Source: the human T2T-CHM13v2.0 reference genome, Homo sapiens. Taken from it: a stretch of DNA of 64,000 bases. The notes beneath the pieces were generated by a model. The model was given only the letters and a program-made list of their open reading frames with translations. It searched no databases and was not told the origin of the DNA. The translations under genes and the position numbers were made by a program. Shown one piece after another: positions 1 through 28,410 of the stretch (its first letter is position 1; every line of letters starts with the position of its first letter). The DNA lies in assembly GCF_009914755.1 (NCBI RefSeq), contig NC_060929.1; one strand, written 5' to 3'.

Positions 1-284
<284 letters not shown>

Positions 285-1104
285 TTATCTGCTAATTTTG
301 CAAAAATTTTGTACTATTAAACAGTAAAATCTGATTTTGCCCCAAGAAAAACAGAAGAAAATCTGCCATGTTTTTCTCCCTAACTAGACCATGAACCCCT
401 TAAGCCTAGCCAGACCTTTGGATTCTAAGCACCCAGCACATCCTCAGCCACAGGAGTCACTCAGACGACTAAACTGCAAGCAGTCTTCAGACCAGAGTCA
501 GTAACCCTTAGTCTTATGTGGAAATGAGCCAAATATTATGTTTGAGCTTCCTTCCAGCTGAAGTCAAAAAGCAGCCAATAGCCAAATAAGTTTTCTATTA
601 AACACCAGTCTGCAACTAATAGACTAAAAAAAAAAGCTTCCTGATTAATATGTTATTCCTGAAACTGCTACACATATACAGCCTATAGAGGTAGGAAAGC
701 CTGTTTAGGCCATGCTATTATTTGATAACAATATAAAGCTAATTCTGGAAGGATACAAATTTTCACAATTTTAACCTTGCCATCCATACATATTTCCTTT
801 TGAGAGAGAAATATTTAAAATAAAACCAAACGATTTTTCACTAAAGTGGGTTCTTCTTTATAGAAAACTGGAAGGAAATACACCAAAATATTAATCTTAC
901 TTATCTTTGGGATTATGTGTGCTCAACTTTTTTTGTGCTTTCTGCATTTTCCAAATGATCTCCAATGAACATGCAACTATTTTTATACTTAAAAAAACTA
1001 TATTTTTCTAAATTAGAATATGTTAAAGATCAACCACAGGCATCTTTTTTAAATGCAAACGTTGTAAGGTCGAGATTTTCTAATACTGAGAGAAAACCTT
1101 CAGC

Positions 1105-1280
1105 CACACTGTCCATTACAGGAGCCATTACCCACATAGAGCTATTTAAATTAATTTAAAAATTCATCTCTTCAGTGGCACTAGCCACATTTCACGTATA
1201 CAATAGTGACGTATGGCCAGTGGCTACACCCCACAGGAACAGAACATTTTCATCATCAAAGAAAGTTCTAGCGGACTATC
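1105..1280. mobile_element. MER3-like hAT MITE
   Basis: CTGTCC...GCACTAGCCACATTTCA...TGGCCAGTGGCTAC...AACATTTTCATCATC..AGAAAGTTCT pattern. Confidence 0.65.
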
Positions 1281-1986
1281 TTAAAATTTTAAGTTGCTGT
1301 CTTAAAATATATTACCATTCAACTGGACAGAGACACAATTATTTTCCTATACTTAATACTAAACAACATAGGCCTATGATGAAGTAATCATTCCTAAAGC
1401 TGCCCTCTCATTGTAATTAGAAATCTCCATAAAATATACGAAAAAACTGTTTTCAGACACTAGTCAAAAGCAGCCCAGAACTGTGACACTTGAGTGCAGC
1501 CTATGTGAGCCTGACAACTGCCTAAGCTTACCACCTAGAGGCACGTCCCAGGCAGCAGAGCAGGCAGGAAGAACCCAAGCAGAGCACAGCAGTCCCATCA
1601 CGTTAAGGCAGCAGAGATCAGAGTTCAGGGTAGCTAAGGCAGCTGCAGTGTGCAAAGCAGACTACTGGAGAAGGGGGACCTACACAGATAAAGAGGTCTA
1701 GAAATCTGCAAGGTGTTCCTTGAGTCTTGGGCTGAAAGCTAAAGCTACATGTGTTAGGGTGAGAAATTCCACAAAGCTAGGCAAAGAACACCTACCAGAA
1801 AGTGAACAATTCTAAGAGTTCAGTAGAGCTGGGAAAAATGTGATTGCCAACTAGCCAGAGAGCAAAAGCCTCACTAAAAACCAGGACATTCAGAAGGAAT
1901 ACTAGAAAATTCACATCTTAGTAGTAGGGCTAAACCAGTCCTAGAGTATAGACCACCCTAGACATGCCCTAATAAAGATTAAAAGC

Positions 1987-2845
<859 letters not shown>

Positions 2846-3405
2846 CTAGTGCAAGTCATCTTAATCTATTTCTCCATTTACTCATCTATAAAGTGAAAGT
2901 AACAAATTTATCAAGCTCATAGGGCTATTACGAGGATTAAATATCAAGTTCTTAGAACGAAGCCTAACACATGGTAAGCTCTCAGTAAATGTTAGCTATT
3001 ATTTGCCCATGTGCAGAATAAACATTCTGGCAGAATTTATAGTATTTATAATGTTCTAAGAATCCTGTTAGGTACTGAGAATACAAACATTAGGATATAC
3101 TTCTAACCCTGTAGGAATTTAAAATCAAGTGAAAATAACATTCATAATATATTACATATTAGAACTAACTATACTGGCCAGAAGAAAATGGGAATAGGGC
3201 CATAAGAACAAAATGAACAAAGTGCCTAGAGGAGTAAGAAATGACTCTGGTTTAATGTTATGGGGTATTTCATAGGAAAGTTATAGAAAAAAAGAATCTT
3301 CAAGCTAAATCTCGAAATCCAGCAGGATTCACCACATCCTACGAAAGGGAGAGAAGCCTGAATTCCAGGCAAAAGAAACAACAAAGTACATAGGCAGCAG
3401 AATAG

Positions 3406-3750
<345 letters not shown>

Positions 3751-5569
3751 CACTTCCATTTTTTTATAATTGTGTAAACCCAATGTCCCACCAATAAATA
3801 ACTGCTGCATCTTTCACTAGTATGAGTTTTGCTTTTTCTAATGTCAATGGCAGGTGTTAGGCAGCCTAAGACACTAGGCTGGAATTGGGTAACTATTGTG
3901 TTAAACGACTTAGGGAAATTTAAACTAATGCAACATAAAATAATAAACAGCCAAACTTACATAAAAGCCTATTTAAAAAACTACAGTTCAATCCTAAGAT
4001 TAATTAATTATGTAAAGAATAATTTGTTGTTATCAAAGAAGTATTATCCCCTATCAACTCTAATTTGGTATCACTGACTTAATATGTTTATGTTGTCACA
4101 AAACCTAAGTATAGCAGAATAAATGACTCCCAAGCTATCCATTTTTATTTTACCTTCCCAAGTCAAATAGGAAGGAATTCTATACTCCAGAGACATCTTA
4201 GCCAAACAACATCTACTGCCAAACAACAGAGGGGAAAAAAAAGTCAAGAAACGAATTATTCTGAGAGATCTACAGTTAAACTTCTCTTTGCAGCTTTCCA
4301 CTCCCCACCCAAAAAAAACACCCCCTCCCCTATACACACATCCCTCTAATGCTGTTCTACAATATTTTTTTTTCTCATGGGAATTAAGTGGGATTAATAG
4401 TTTATGACTACTGTCTCTTATACTGAACTTATGCTAAGGTTTATCCTCACCTTATCCTTAGTTAAAACTTACATATTGCAACCAGTGGAAATACATGCTT
4501 AGTAAATTTTACAGAAGTTCCTGTGGAAATTTCCCAATTCCAAAGTATACTAACTTACAGTTTAATGTTTCTACTAAAAATTAGAAGAGCCTAAACACAG
4601 ACCACCTTCAAATAAAGTATTCCACTTATGACTGGCCCTTCCTACTGGCAATCATTTCTGACTCAAAGGAAGCAATAAAAAGGGACCCAGCTATCATCTT
4701 CTCTTGTAGCAATTCCCTGGGAAGAGGGTAAACCCCGTGTGCTCACTCCAACAAATAGACGGTTATTCAGATCTCCTCAAGTATTAGAGAAAAATAAAGA
4801 AATCTCACGAGCAGAAGGCTAAAACTGTGAGGAAATATCCCAAATGTTGTTTAATAGTATTTGTGGTATAGAAAAAAGGCACAAAGTAATAACCAAGTGG
4901 TCAAAGTATCTTGGTATTCTGGAATTTCTGCCTTTTATTTTCGAAGAACTAAGCTAAATCAAAAGAATAAAGTCACACCTGAGTTTAGCGTAAGTAAGAC
5001 ATCAGTATAAGTGGGATAGGAAGACAATAGATGGATTTCTGAGGAGAAGATGCAATAAAAGTTTAGCTTCTAAAGATTTAGCTACTTCAATTTTTAAAAG
5101 TGAATACTTTTTAAATACTTTGAAATAAATGCTTGATAAATGAATAGTTCTTGAATTCTAGATTAAAAGACGTTACTGCGATCCATGCTGTTAGTCCTCA
5201 GTCCCTAAATTATTCACCATATATGTGAAAAGACTTTACAAGTTATACAAGCAAATTTAAAATGTAATGAATCTATTCATAGTTTACTTTTTTTGGTAAA
5301 GGAAATTGTGAGAAGTAAATACGGAGAGGAAAAGTTCTTCAAAGATTATTCATGTCCACTGCCCAACAATCACTTTGGTGGAGAATGACATGCTGACAGG
5401 TACCTAAATCATTTCACTGCAAAGAACACTTATCTTCCTTGACATCATCTTACAAAACTAAAAGCAGCTTTGGCCATAAATTTGGCAGTGTAGTGATTCC
5501 TTGTGACCAAACTGATCAACCATGCCTTAAGATTTCAGAAGCTAAAAACTATTCTTAAACAGTAGTCTT

Positions 5570-5790
<221 letters not shown>

Positions 5791-7699
5791 CGTAGTCTCT
5801 CGACTTGCCTCAAACTTATGTATACTAATTTTAAATTATTAGAAAATGTTTAAAATTTATCAAGAGTTTTAACATGTATACATGTACAGTATAAATAATA
5901 ATAAAATGAGCCCCTGGGTATCCTCCACCCCAGGTAAAGAAACTGTTCTTTATTAAAACATTCCTTGGCTTCACGGCAAGGAATCCCTCTGAACAAGTAT
6001 ATTTCTTTCTTTGCATCTCATTCTTACCCTTCAAAGGCCTAATCTAAGCTCCACTTCCTCTTGTAACTACTAAAGTTCCCAAGGATTTTTCTTTTCTCTG
6101 AACTACTGAACTTTCAGAGAACCATACTGTCAAACTCTCATCTGTTCTATCAAATTATTAGATGTATAAAACTGTTCCCCAAATGGATTTTAAGATTCTT
6201 TCAGTCTGAGAGCACATTTTAAATTTCATAGCACATATGTCATTATTGGTGCAATAACTGGTGTTTGATACCACATATTATATTGAAGCAACAGAAAATT
6301 TTTAAAAATCTAAAAATCAGCAAGCTAGCCAAAGAACTGTATGCTTAAAAATGGTAAAAATGGTAAAAGTTACATTATATATATTTTACTACAATTAAAA
6401 AATCAGCAAGCTGGTATCTTGATACTTTCAATTAGGTGGGAAATAGATATTTTTTATTTTCTTCTTTTTACATGTTATTTGCCAGGAGATTTTTTTTAAT
6501 TTTTTTAACTTTAAAAAAAGTCCTTTTTCCTCCTTCTCCCACTCTGGATTCCCTTCCTTTATTCTGAAGCAGCAGCATTCCCAATGTATGTCAAGAGCAA
6601 GCAACTCAAGTGCTACAGGCAATGTTCTGGCATCAACAGCCAATCTAAAACTCACAGGACATTGTTTTTTAAAAAACCTTGCTAAGTATTAGTTTCACAT
6701 TTTACCCAAATTTCTAATCCAAACAGACAGTGCTTTACAAAATCCTAACTGTGTTTACATACTTGTGAGAAAAGCTTTTAGACTTCTCATCTTTTCACTG
6801 CTTAATCAAGTGGGGACAGTGCAACAGCAGCCATAGGTGAGAACCAAGTTCAGTTAGCATTTATATTGATAAGCTTCATTTACAAAATGTTACTTAACAG
6901 GTTAAGTGTAAGATGCATTTCAGTAACAGGAAAGTGAAGGCAAAGCCCACTCTACATTCCATAAAAAGAATCTTTAACACTGTAACACATCTAACAAAAA
7001 AAGTCACCACAACTTTGAGAAACCCTTCTTTTGGTCAGCTGGGAACCAAATTACAAATTCTAATTTGCAACACCAGAAGCAGTCATGGGCCAACACTGGC
7101 AGCACAACATGAGAAAGATCCAAAGACTGGTTAAGCCAGTGCTCTGAAAACAATGTACAAAATGATCCATCACAGTATAAACGTTATTAGCAGTTCTATT
7201 TCTATTTTAAAACATTATGTTTACTAATATTTAACATATAGAGTTGACATTAATGCCCTGAGTCTCTGTTAGATGGCTGCATGTCACTGACAGGCATACA
7301 TGGGAGGCTAACTCAGACAGCATTGACAATGTGATGGGTATTTGTGATGATTAAGTGAATTTGCTGATAATATAATCTAGTTTTAACCAAACAAGCCCTC
7401 ATCAAATGGGCAAAGCAATTTTAAAAGATTCTTGCAAAAGAAATTACAACTGAAGACAACTCTAATAAGCATAAAGGGGGGAAAGTATAAGTCAGAGTTA
7501 CTCTCAATGAGATAAAAAGGAAAATTATCAGAGGTAGAAGAGGGTTATCCAACAAAAATGCAAATTTATCAAGAATACGTTTACGTTCTTACCAATAAGA
7601 AAAAATAATGAACCTTGCCTTAAGTGTAAAGTGCCCATTATTGCCGTTAGCTAAAAATGGAGTGTATGTACTTAATTTTTAAATAAACAAATAAATATA

Positions 7700-8320
<621 letters not shown>

Positions 8321-8348
8321 ATATTTATGTATACATATAAATAAAATC

Positions 8349-8442
8349 AGCTGGTCCAAGTACAGCAGTTATTTACAGCTAACTGATCACAAGTTAGATT
8401 TTTTTGTTCCCTCCCACTCCCACTGTTTCACTTGACTAGTCC
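8349..8442 (+). pseudogene. Y3 RNA (RNY3) pseudogene
   Basis: AGCTGGTCCAAGTACAGCAGTTATTTACAGCTAACTGATCACAA...TTTGTTCCCTCCCACTCCCACTGTTTCACTTGACTAGTC aligns by eye end-to-end with hY3 (GGCTGGTCCGAGTGCAG...CACTTGACTAGCC), with many substitutions. Confidence 0.88.
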
Positions 8443-8569
8443 CCCAACCCCTAAAAAAACCTCTTTTACTGACAGAAGAATAATCCAATAGGACTTTTAT
8501 AAATTCTGCTTATCTGTAAGAAAACTCACATCATGTTAATACACAAATAACTTTAATATAAACGTCACA

Positions 8570-8920
8570 GTCCTCCATGCTATCAGCCAAACTTTTCACG
8601 TTCTCCTCCCTAAGGTTGCACTTCCCTGTCTCCTTGAAGTTAGGGGAGATTGTGTGATTTGCTCTGATCAATGAAACATGAACCACATGTCATTTCTAAG
8701 CAGAAACTTAAGAGCCAGAGTGATGTGCTATGGTATTCCTCCTTTTATTATAGTGACTGATACTGCTCCAGGTGGCAGTGGCTCCATCTGCCTGGCTGCC
8801 AGAGTGAGGATGAGGTAGCCTGTGACTGACTTACAGCCTGAATGAGAAATAAATGGTTGTTTTAAGCAACTGAGGTTTTGGGGTTTGTTACCACCACAGC
8901 TTAACCTAGCCTATCCAGAT
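8570..8920 (+). mobile_element. MLT1-type MaLR LTR
   Basis: TTGCACTTCCCTG...TTGAAGTTAGG...GAGAAATAAA..TTGTTTTAAGC.ACTGAG..TTTGGGGTTTGTTAC end motif. Confidence 0.65.
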
Positions 8921-9171
8921 TAAGGTAGCATGTGGTAATTTTGATAAAGAACATGGGAGCTCTAAGAGTATTATCTTCGCATTCTATATCTGTTCAGTAT
9001 TGTTAAAGAGAATGAAATTTTATAAAAACCATTACTTCCCCACTCTATGACTGATAACTTTCAAGTTTGCCTAAATAACTAAACAAGCTTCTGGCTATTT
9101 TGTGTAGGTTCCTTTCAAAAGGATTTAAACTTCGCAATCTTTTAAACAGAAGTTGGTTTTTGGTTTATTCA

Positions 9172-9297
<126 letters not shown>

Positions 9298-9509
9298 CTA
9301 AAAAGAAAGCAAAAAGAATGAAAGGATCCACGAATGCCTTTTCTGAGTTGATCTCATTAAATGAAAAACAAACAATTATATAAATAATTCATTATGCTTA
9401 AAGCCTCAAGCTTTCATGTAGTATCAAAGTTCAGATTTTAAATTACTTTTATGTTAAGGAAATCCAATATTTAACCTAACCAGATTAGATATAATAATGA
9501 ATGAAAATT

Positions 9510-11811
<2,302 letters not shown>

Positions 11812-11990
11812 CCAATTTAACATCACTTTTAAAATGCTGAGAGTCCTCTCTTAAACTTGTCCTCAAAGTGTCCTTTACTTTGTCAATCTTATAAAAAATT
11901 AAAAATATATACATACAGTATCTATCTCTGTGACATCATGACCAGCAGAAATATAAAAACCACAGTACAAGTCACAAATCTATTCTTCAA

Positions 11991-12150
11991 TTTTATTTTA
12001 TTTTATTATTATTATACTTTAAGTTTTAGGGTACATGTGTACAACGTGCAGGTTTGTTACGTATATATACATGAGCCATGTTGGTGTGCTGCACCCATTA
12101 ACTCGTCATTTAGCATTAGGTATATCTCCTAATGCTATCCCTCCCCGCTC
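11991..12150 (-). mobile_element. Severely 5'-truncated L1PA 3' end
   Basis: TTATTATACTTTAAGTTTTAGGGTACATGTG..CAACGTGCAGGTTTGTTAC...GCATTAGGTATATCTCCTAATGCTATCCCTCCCC, the reverse complement of a young L1 3' terminus. Confidence 0.9.
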
Positions 12151-12756
12151 TTAAATTTTCTAGTAGTTATATTTTAAAAGAAAAAAAGGCAAAATTAATT
12201 TTAATATTTTGATTTAACCAAATACAACCAAAATATTAACATGTAATAAGTATTTTTAAATTGAGGTACTTAATATATTTTTCCATACTAAGACCAAAAA
12301 TCCAGTGTATCCAGTGTATGTTTTTACTAACACCATGTGTCAATGTGCAGTAGCCAAACTTCAAGTGCTTAAGTGTCTGGCTCATAGATGTATGTAGCTA
12401 GTAGCTACCATATTGAACATACAGATCATTTTCATCATCAAAGTTCCATCAAACAGTGCTATTCTAGACCATGCTTTCAGTGAAGGGTGAGAGAGCACAA
12501 GAAAATAAAGAAAGCAGAGCCTCAGGAGAAAAAGTTACATCTAAATATGGTGGCCATTGCCACCACTTCTTACGTCCCACTCATTCTTTATATTTATTGC
12601 AATTTGGCCTCAAAGCTCGCCCACGCACATCCGTTTGCAACGGATCTTATGTCAGGGACACCAGAGCCTGGGTATAGTGAATCACTTTTTCTTATGAAGT
12701 TCTGTCCTCTAAATCTTTCTGAAATGTTTCACTTTTCTCCATCATCTTGCCAATAT

Positions 12757-13033
12757 AGTCGGCCTTCCATATCTATAGATTCAACCAATTGAGGATCAAA
12801 AATATCCAGGAAAAATAATACAAATTTTAAAATGCAGTATAACAATTGTTTATACAGCATTTACATTGTATTAGGTATTGTAAGTAATCTGGGGGTGACA
12901 TAAAGTATAGAAGAGGATGTGCATAGGTTATATGCAAACACTACAACATTTTATATAAGAAACTTGAGCATCCAGATTTTGATATTTGAGGGGAGTCCTA
13001 GAACCAATCGCCCACAGATACTGAGGAACAACT
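12757..13033 (-). mobile_element. MER2 (Tigger-family MITE)
   Basis: GCATTTACATTGTATTAGGTATT...GAGGATGTGCATAGGTTATATGCAAA..ACTTGAGCATCC...GAACCAATC. Confidence 0.75.
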
Positions 13034-13832
13034 ATATTCTAGTCTGCCTAATCTGGCTGTTTTTCACTTGGATTAATTTAAGCCTCTTAACTAATTTCCC
13101 TAAACAAGTTTTAGCCTTTTCAATCCATTCTCCTCACTGATCTTTCTAACAGACAAATCTTACCATGGCATTCCACTGCTTCTGCTTACAACTTTTCAAT
13201 GACTCGAGTTAGTTCTAAATTCCTTTCAAAAATTCAGTAGTAAGTGTGGTTCACAAATAAATATGTTCTATCCAAACATATCATTTTTATTTAGCTTCTT
13301 TTTTTGGGGGGACGGGAACCATTCCTAAATATAAACAGACAATCACGGATAACGTGAAAGAAAGCTTCCAACACAGAAGAGATCAAAAAGAGAAAATAAG
13401 AACTCTGAAGAAACAGATATAATACAGATAAAGGAAATTTTCAAAAGAGGTGTGATACCCTCAGAAATCTAAAAGAAGGTATTACATCCATAAAACAAAC
13501 TACGATTTTTAAAAAGGAAGCTCATGGAAATCAAAAACAGGAGAGTCACAATAAAATCTCAACAGAAAGGTTAGAAGACAACTCTTTAAGAGTAGCCAAG
13601 AAGTCCGTATCCAATTTACAGAGTTCTAGAAAAAGAGGGCAAAAGATATCAGAAATACAAGTTTTCAAAACCAAAATATACACATTTCTAGACTGAAAAA
13701 ATTAATGCATAATGAATTTAAAATGACCCACATTAAGGCATATCGTACAATTTCAGAAAACCAACAAGGATAACAGAAGATCCCAAATGCTTCTAGAGGA
13801 AAAAAAAAAAATAAGATTGAAAAAACAGAAGG

Positions 13833-14839
<1,007 letters not shown>

Positions 14840-15188
14840 TTATTAATCAAGATGCATTCCGCTCTGATCTAAAACTTTTAGATTCATTAGGACACTGATT
14901 TAGGAAAAAAACTAGTTTTGAAACACCATGCTCAAGAAACACAACAACAAACTGGAAGAAAAACAGTATTAAATATTTGAGATTGAGGTTGAAGTTAAAT
15001 TTCTAAAAACTAGCCAATATTACCTCTATTAAGAGAAGCACCTACACAGACCTTCAACAGACAGGTATCTGAAAAGTATTCATAATCTGATGAAAAGATC
15101 AATAGCCTATGCGTAAATTGCACAATAACACTTCTGAGTTTTTAATGTCAAGTCTTTCAAAATTATGGCTTTTAAAAGCTGCAAATGA

Positions 15189-17101
15189 CTCTCCCTCTCC
15201 CTCTCCCTCTCCCCACGGTCTCCCTCCTCTCCCTCTCTTTCCACGGTCTCCCTCTGATGCCGAGCCAAAGCTGGACGGTACTGCTGCCATCTCGGCTCAC
15301 TGCAACCTCCCTGCCTGATTCTCCTGCCTCAGCTAGCCGAGTGCCTGCGATTGCAGGCGCGCGCCGCCACGCCTGACTGGTTTTCGTATTTTTTTGGTGG
15401 AGACGGGGATTCGCTGTGTTGGCCGGGCTGGTCTCCAGCTCCTAACCGCGAGTGATCCGCCAGCCTCGGCCTCCCGAGGTGCCGGGATTGCAGACGGAGT
15501 CTCGTTCACTCAGTGCTCAAAATGGTGCCCAGGCTGGAGCGCAGTGGCGTGATCTCGGCTCGCTACAACCTCCACCTCCCAGCAGCCTGCCTTGGCCTCC
15601 CAAAGTGCCGAGACTGCAGCCTCTGCCCGGCCGCCACCCCGTCTGGGAAGTGAGGAGCGTCTCCGCCTGGCTGCCCATCGTCTGGGATGTGAGGAGCCCC
15701 TCTGCCTGGCTGCCCAGTCTGGAAAGTGAGGAGCGTCTCTGCCCGGCCGCCATCCCATCTAGGAAGTGAGGAGCGCCTCTTCCCGGCCGCCATCACATCT
15801 GGGAAGTGAGGAGCGTCTCTGCCCGGCCGCCCATCGTCTGAGATGCGGGGAGCACCTCTGCCCTGCCGCCCCGTCCGGGATGTGAGGAGCATCTCTGCCC
15901 GGACGCCCCGTCTGAGAAATGAGGAGACCCTCTGCCTGGCAACCGCCCCGTCTGAGAAGTGAGGAGCCCCTCCGCCCGGCAGCCGCCCCGTCTGAGAAGT
16001 GAGGAGCCCCTCCGCCCAGCAGCCACCCCGTCCGGGAAGTGAGGAGCGTCTCCGCCCGGCAGCCACCTCGTCCGGGAGGGAGGTGGGGGGGTCAGCCCCC
16101 CACCCAGCCAGCCGCCCCGTCCGGGAGGTGAGGGGCGCCTCTGCCCGGCCGCCCCTACTGGGAAGTGAGGAGCCACTCTGCCCGGCCAGCCGCCCTGTCC
16201 GGGAGGGAGGTGGGGGGGTCAGGCCCCTGCCCGGCCAGCCGCCCCGTCCGGGAGGGAGGTGGGGGGGTCAGCCCCCAAGCCCGGCCAGCCGCCCCGTCCG
16301 GGAGGGAGGTGGGGGGATCAGCCCCCCGCCTGGCCAGCCGCCCCGTCCGGGAGGTGAGGGGCGCCTCTGCCCGGCCGCCCCTACTGGGAAGTGAGGAGCC
16401 CCTCTGTCCGGCCAGCTGCCCCGTCCAGGAGGGAGGTGGGGGGGGTCAGCCCCCCGCCCGGCCAGCCGCCCCGTCCGGGAGGTGAGGGGCGCCTCTGCCC
16501 GGCCGCGCCTACTGGGAAGTGAGGAGCCCCTCTGCCCGGCCACCACCCCGTCTGGGAGGTGTACCCAACAGCTCACTGAGAACGGGCCATGATGACAAGG
16601 GCGGTTTTGTGGAATAGAAAGTGGGGAAAGGTGGGGAAAAGATTGAGAAATCGGATGGTTGCCGTGTCTGTGTAGAAAGAGGTAGACATGGGAGACTTTT
16701 CATTTTGTTCTACACTAAGAAAAATTCTTCTGCCTTGGGATCCTGTTGATCGGTGACCTTAAACCCAACCCTGTGCTCTCTGAAACATGTGCTGTATCCA
16801 CTCAGGGTTGAATGGATTAAGGGCGGTGCAAGATGTGCTTTGTTAAACAGATGCTTGAAGGCAGCATGCTCCTTAAGAGTCATCACCACTCCCTAATCTC
16901 AAGTACCCAGGGACACAAACACTGCGGAAGGCCGCAGGGTCCTCTGCCTAGGAAAACCAGAGACCTTTGTTCACTTGTTTATCTGCTGACCTTCCCTCCA
17001 CTATTGTCCTGTGACCCTGCCAAATCCCCCTCTGCGAGAAACACCCAAGAATGATCAATAAAAAATAATAATAAAATAAAATTAAAAATAAATAAATAAA
17101 T
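15189..17101 (+). mobile_element. Full-length SVA retrotransposon in GOLPH3 intron 2, antisense to the gene
   Basis: CCCTCT hexamers, antisense Alu-like part, GC-rich VNTR (~15620-16560), SINE-R, AATAAA at 17057-17062, A-rich tail; 15-bp TSD AAAAGCTGCAAATGA at 15174-15188 and 17102-17116 at a TTTT/AAAA L1 endonuclease site. Confidence 0.97.
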
Positions 17102-17180
17102 AAAAGCTGCAAATGAAGTCTAGAATCTTTCTGAATTTGTAAGATCCAGTGGCCGGTTACCTTAACAATCAATTACATTA

Positions 17181-17489
<309 letters not shown>

Positions 17490-17942
17490 CTATTAAAAAA
17501 AGAAGAAGAAATAAAACAAAATAGCTAATTTACCTTGAATTCAGAGTAAAAAACAGAAATATTATCAGCCAAAGTCATATTTGGTGCCTTTTACCTTTCC
17601 TGTCTTTCTATAATAATATACTGAAAAAATACAATTAACATAAATTACTAATCGAGAATTTTCGGGGGCTTATCTTTCCACCACTTATTCTTACATACAA
17701 ACAACAAATAACTTTAGAGGTCATAAGTTTAGAAACATAACTCACATTTCACCAAGCTGTGTGTTTATTAGGTTCTTTCAGAACCCTGCAAACTCCAAGG
17801 AATACTCAGTTAACCCCAGATTATAGTGATTTATTTATGTGGACAAGTTAAGAAGCTCAGGCAAAGACAACCTAGCCAAGTTAGCTTCACAGAGAATTAG
17901 AATACCATTCATTTATTGCTGTTTAGGATAAAACCACAAGGT

Positions 17943-18200
17943 TAATCCGAGCACTTTGGGAGGCTGAGCCAAGACGATGGCTTGAGCCCAGGAGTTTGAG
18001 ACCAGACTGGACAACATAGTGAGATCCTGTTTCTACCAAAAAAAATTAATTAGCTAGGTGTGGTGCTGCACACCTGTAGTCGCAGCTACCCAGGAAGCTA
18101 AGGCAGGAGGACCACTGTGTCCAAGAGTTCAAGGCTACAGTGAGCAATAATTACACCAACACACTGCAGCCTGGGCAAAACAGTGCGACATTGTCTCTTA
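17943..18200 (+). mobile_element. 5'-truncated AluJ-like element
   Basis: TAATCCGAGCACTTTGGG...GCTTGAGCCCAGGAGTTTGAG...CAACATAGTGAGA; abuts the PB2-like element. Confidence 0.85.
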
Positions 18201-20340
<2,140 letters not shown>

Positions 20341-20416
20341 AACATTTACAACATGGGAAAATGCTCATAATATATATTCTACATGAGAAACAGATAAAAA
20401 ATTATATTATCTAAAG

Positions 20417-20629
20417 CAGAGTGTCCAATCTTTTGGCTTCCCTGGGCCATACTGGAAGAATTATTATCTTGGCCCACACATAAAATATACTAACACTAAT
20501 GACAGCTGATGAGCTAAAGAAAACAAAAAAAAAAACCTCATGTTTTAACAAAGTTTACAAATTTGTGCTGGACCAGATTCAAAGCCGTAGGCCACCTGCG
20601 GCCCACAGGCCACGGGTTGGACAAGCTTG
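20417..20629 (+). mobile_element. MER30 (hAT MITE)
   Basis: GTGTCCAATCTTTTGGCTTCCCTGGGCCA...GGGTTGGACAAGCTTG with 8-bp TSD ATCTAAAG (20409-20416, 20630-20637). Confidence 0.9.
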
Positions 20630-20954
20630 ATCTAAAGTGTAATCTTATTTTGAAGTTACATAAATATTAATACGTATGTATATCATAGGTTTGTATTTAC
20701 AAAAAAACTTATAAATGTTCACATCCTTTGACACAATTCTTATGGGCCTTTAGTTAGAAAATACTGTGCACAAAAATATATGTACAAATATATTGATCAC
20801 ATCATTATCATAGTAAAACACAAAAACAATCTAAAAGCAAAAAAAAGGGAATAAACTCAGCACTTCCCAAACTTTCCTGACCTTGAAGCATTTTAATTTA
20901 CAGTATACTTTTAACAGCCTACAGAATATTACAATTCTATGAAAATCAGTTTTA

Positions 20955-21152
<198 letters not shown>

Positions 21153-22120
21153 TTAGGGAGATTAGAAGAAAAGTTTTAGCAGCAGTAATGTCTGGTGATT
21201 ATGGTGATCTTTATTTTCTTTAGGCTTTTCTGTATATAGTAAAGGAAAACTCGTGGCAAGGAGATAAGTAAGGTTTTCCTTACTGATCAACTATAGTTAT
21301 AGTTGTTCAAGCTTAAAAGGCAATAGTTATGATAGTGGCAGTAATTTGACAGAGGCAAAACACTAGAAGAACTAAAAACTCTCCATGAAAATAACTATGA
21401 ACCACAAAGTAAAACATATTTGTGAAGTAGTAAAGAACTGTGCTCAAGAGCCCAGACCGCACAAACACCTGGCGATTCAAATCAACTCCAGCTCTACCAC
21501 ATACTATATAGTTAAATTTCTGAGACTAGTTTTCTTCATATAAAACAAGTTGTGAAGATTAAATAATATATATAAAGCACAACCCCTGGCAATTAGTAAT
21601 TACTTAATTATGTACAATTAGAATGGAATGGGGATGGAGGACTGCAAACTCAGTTACTTAGAAAGTACAAAGAACATGACTGAATAAAGAGACCCAGGTG
21701 TGGATTGCAGCAAGCTGGACAATGTCCTCTTCCATCTATCTGGGGAAGACAGCTTAGCCCTTATCAACTGTTGCCATGTAAAATGTGGGCCTGCTCTTGC
21801 CACATCTTTTTCAAGAGGGCAGAAACGTCCGTTTCTATATATTACTTCCATCTTTGAAAGGATTACAACTCAAGTTTTACTAAACAAAACATATCTGGCA
21901 AACCAGTTTGCAACCGCTAAACATTTTACAAAACATACTACGTTATATGAATGTTCAGTTACTAGTAGTCTGTATAGGCATAAAGTACTCAAAATAGTTT
22001 CATTTTGTTTTTATGTACAAAATATTTCAAAATGAAATCACTAAAAACACTATATTTTCTATATAAGGTTGAATTCTGGTGTGACCAATGTTTTGGAAAT
22101 GGCTTTCTAATAGAAATATA

Positions 22121-23608
<1,488 letters not shown>

Positions 23609-23609
23609 G

Positions 23610-28400
<4,791 letters not shown>

Positions 28401-28410
28401 GAAGTCATCT

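Noticed and set aside
12629-12645. Hairpin ATCCGTT-TGC-AACGGAT in a slightly CpG-rich unique patch
   Set aside because: A 7-bp stem is within chance expectation; no RNA gene or repeat context recognised.
15452-17054. Many overlapping 100-167 aa ORFs
   Set aside because: Products of the GC-rich SVA VNTR and SINE-R, not genes.
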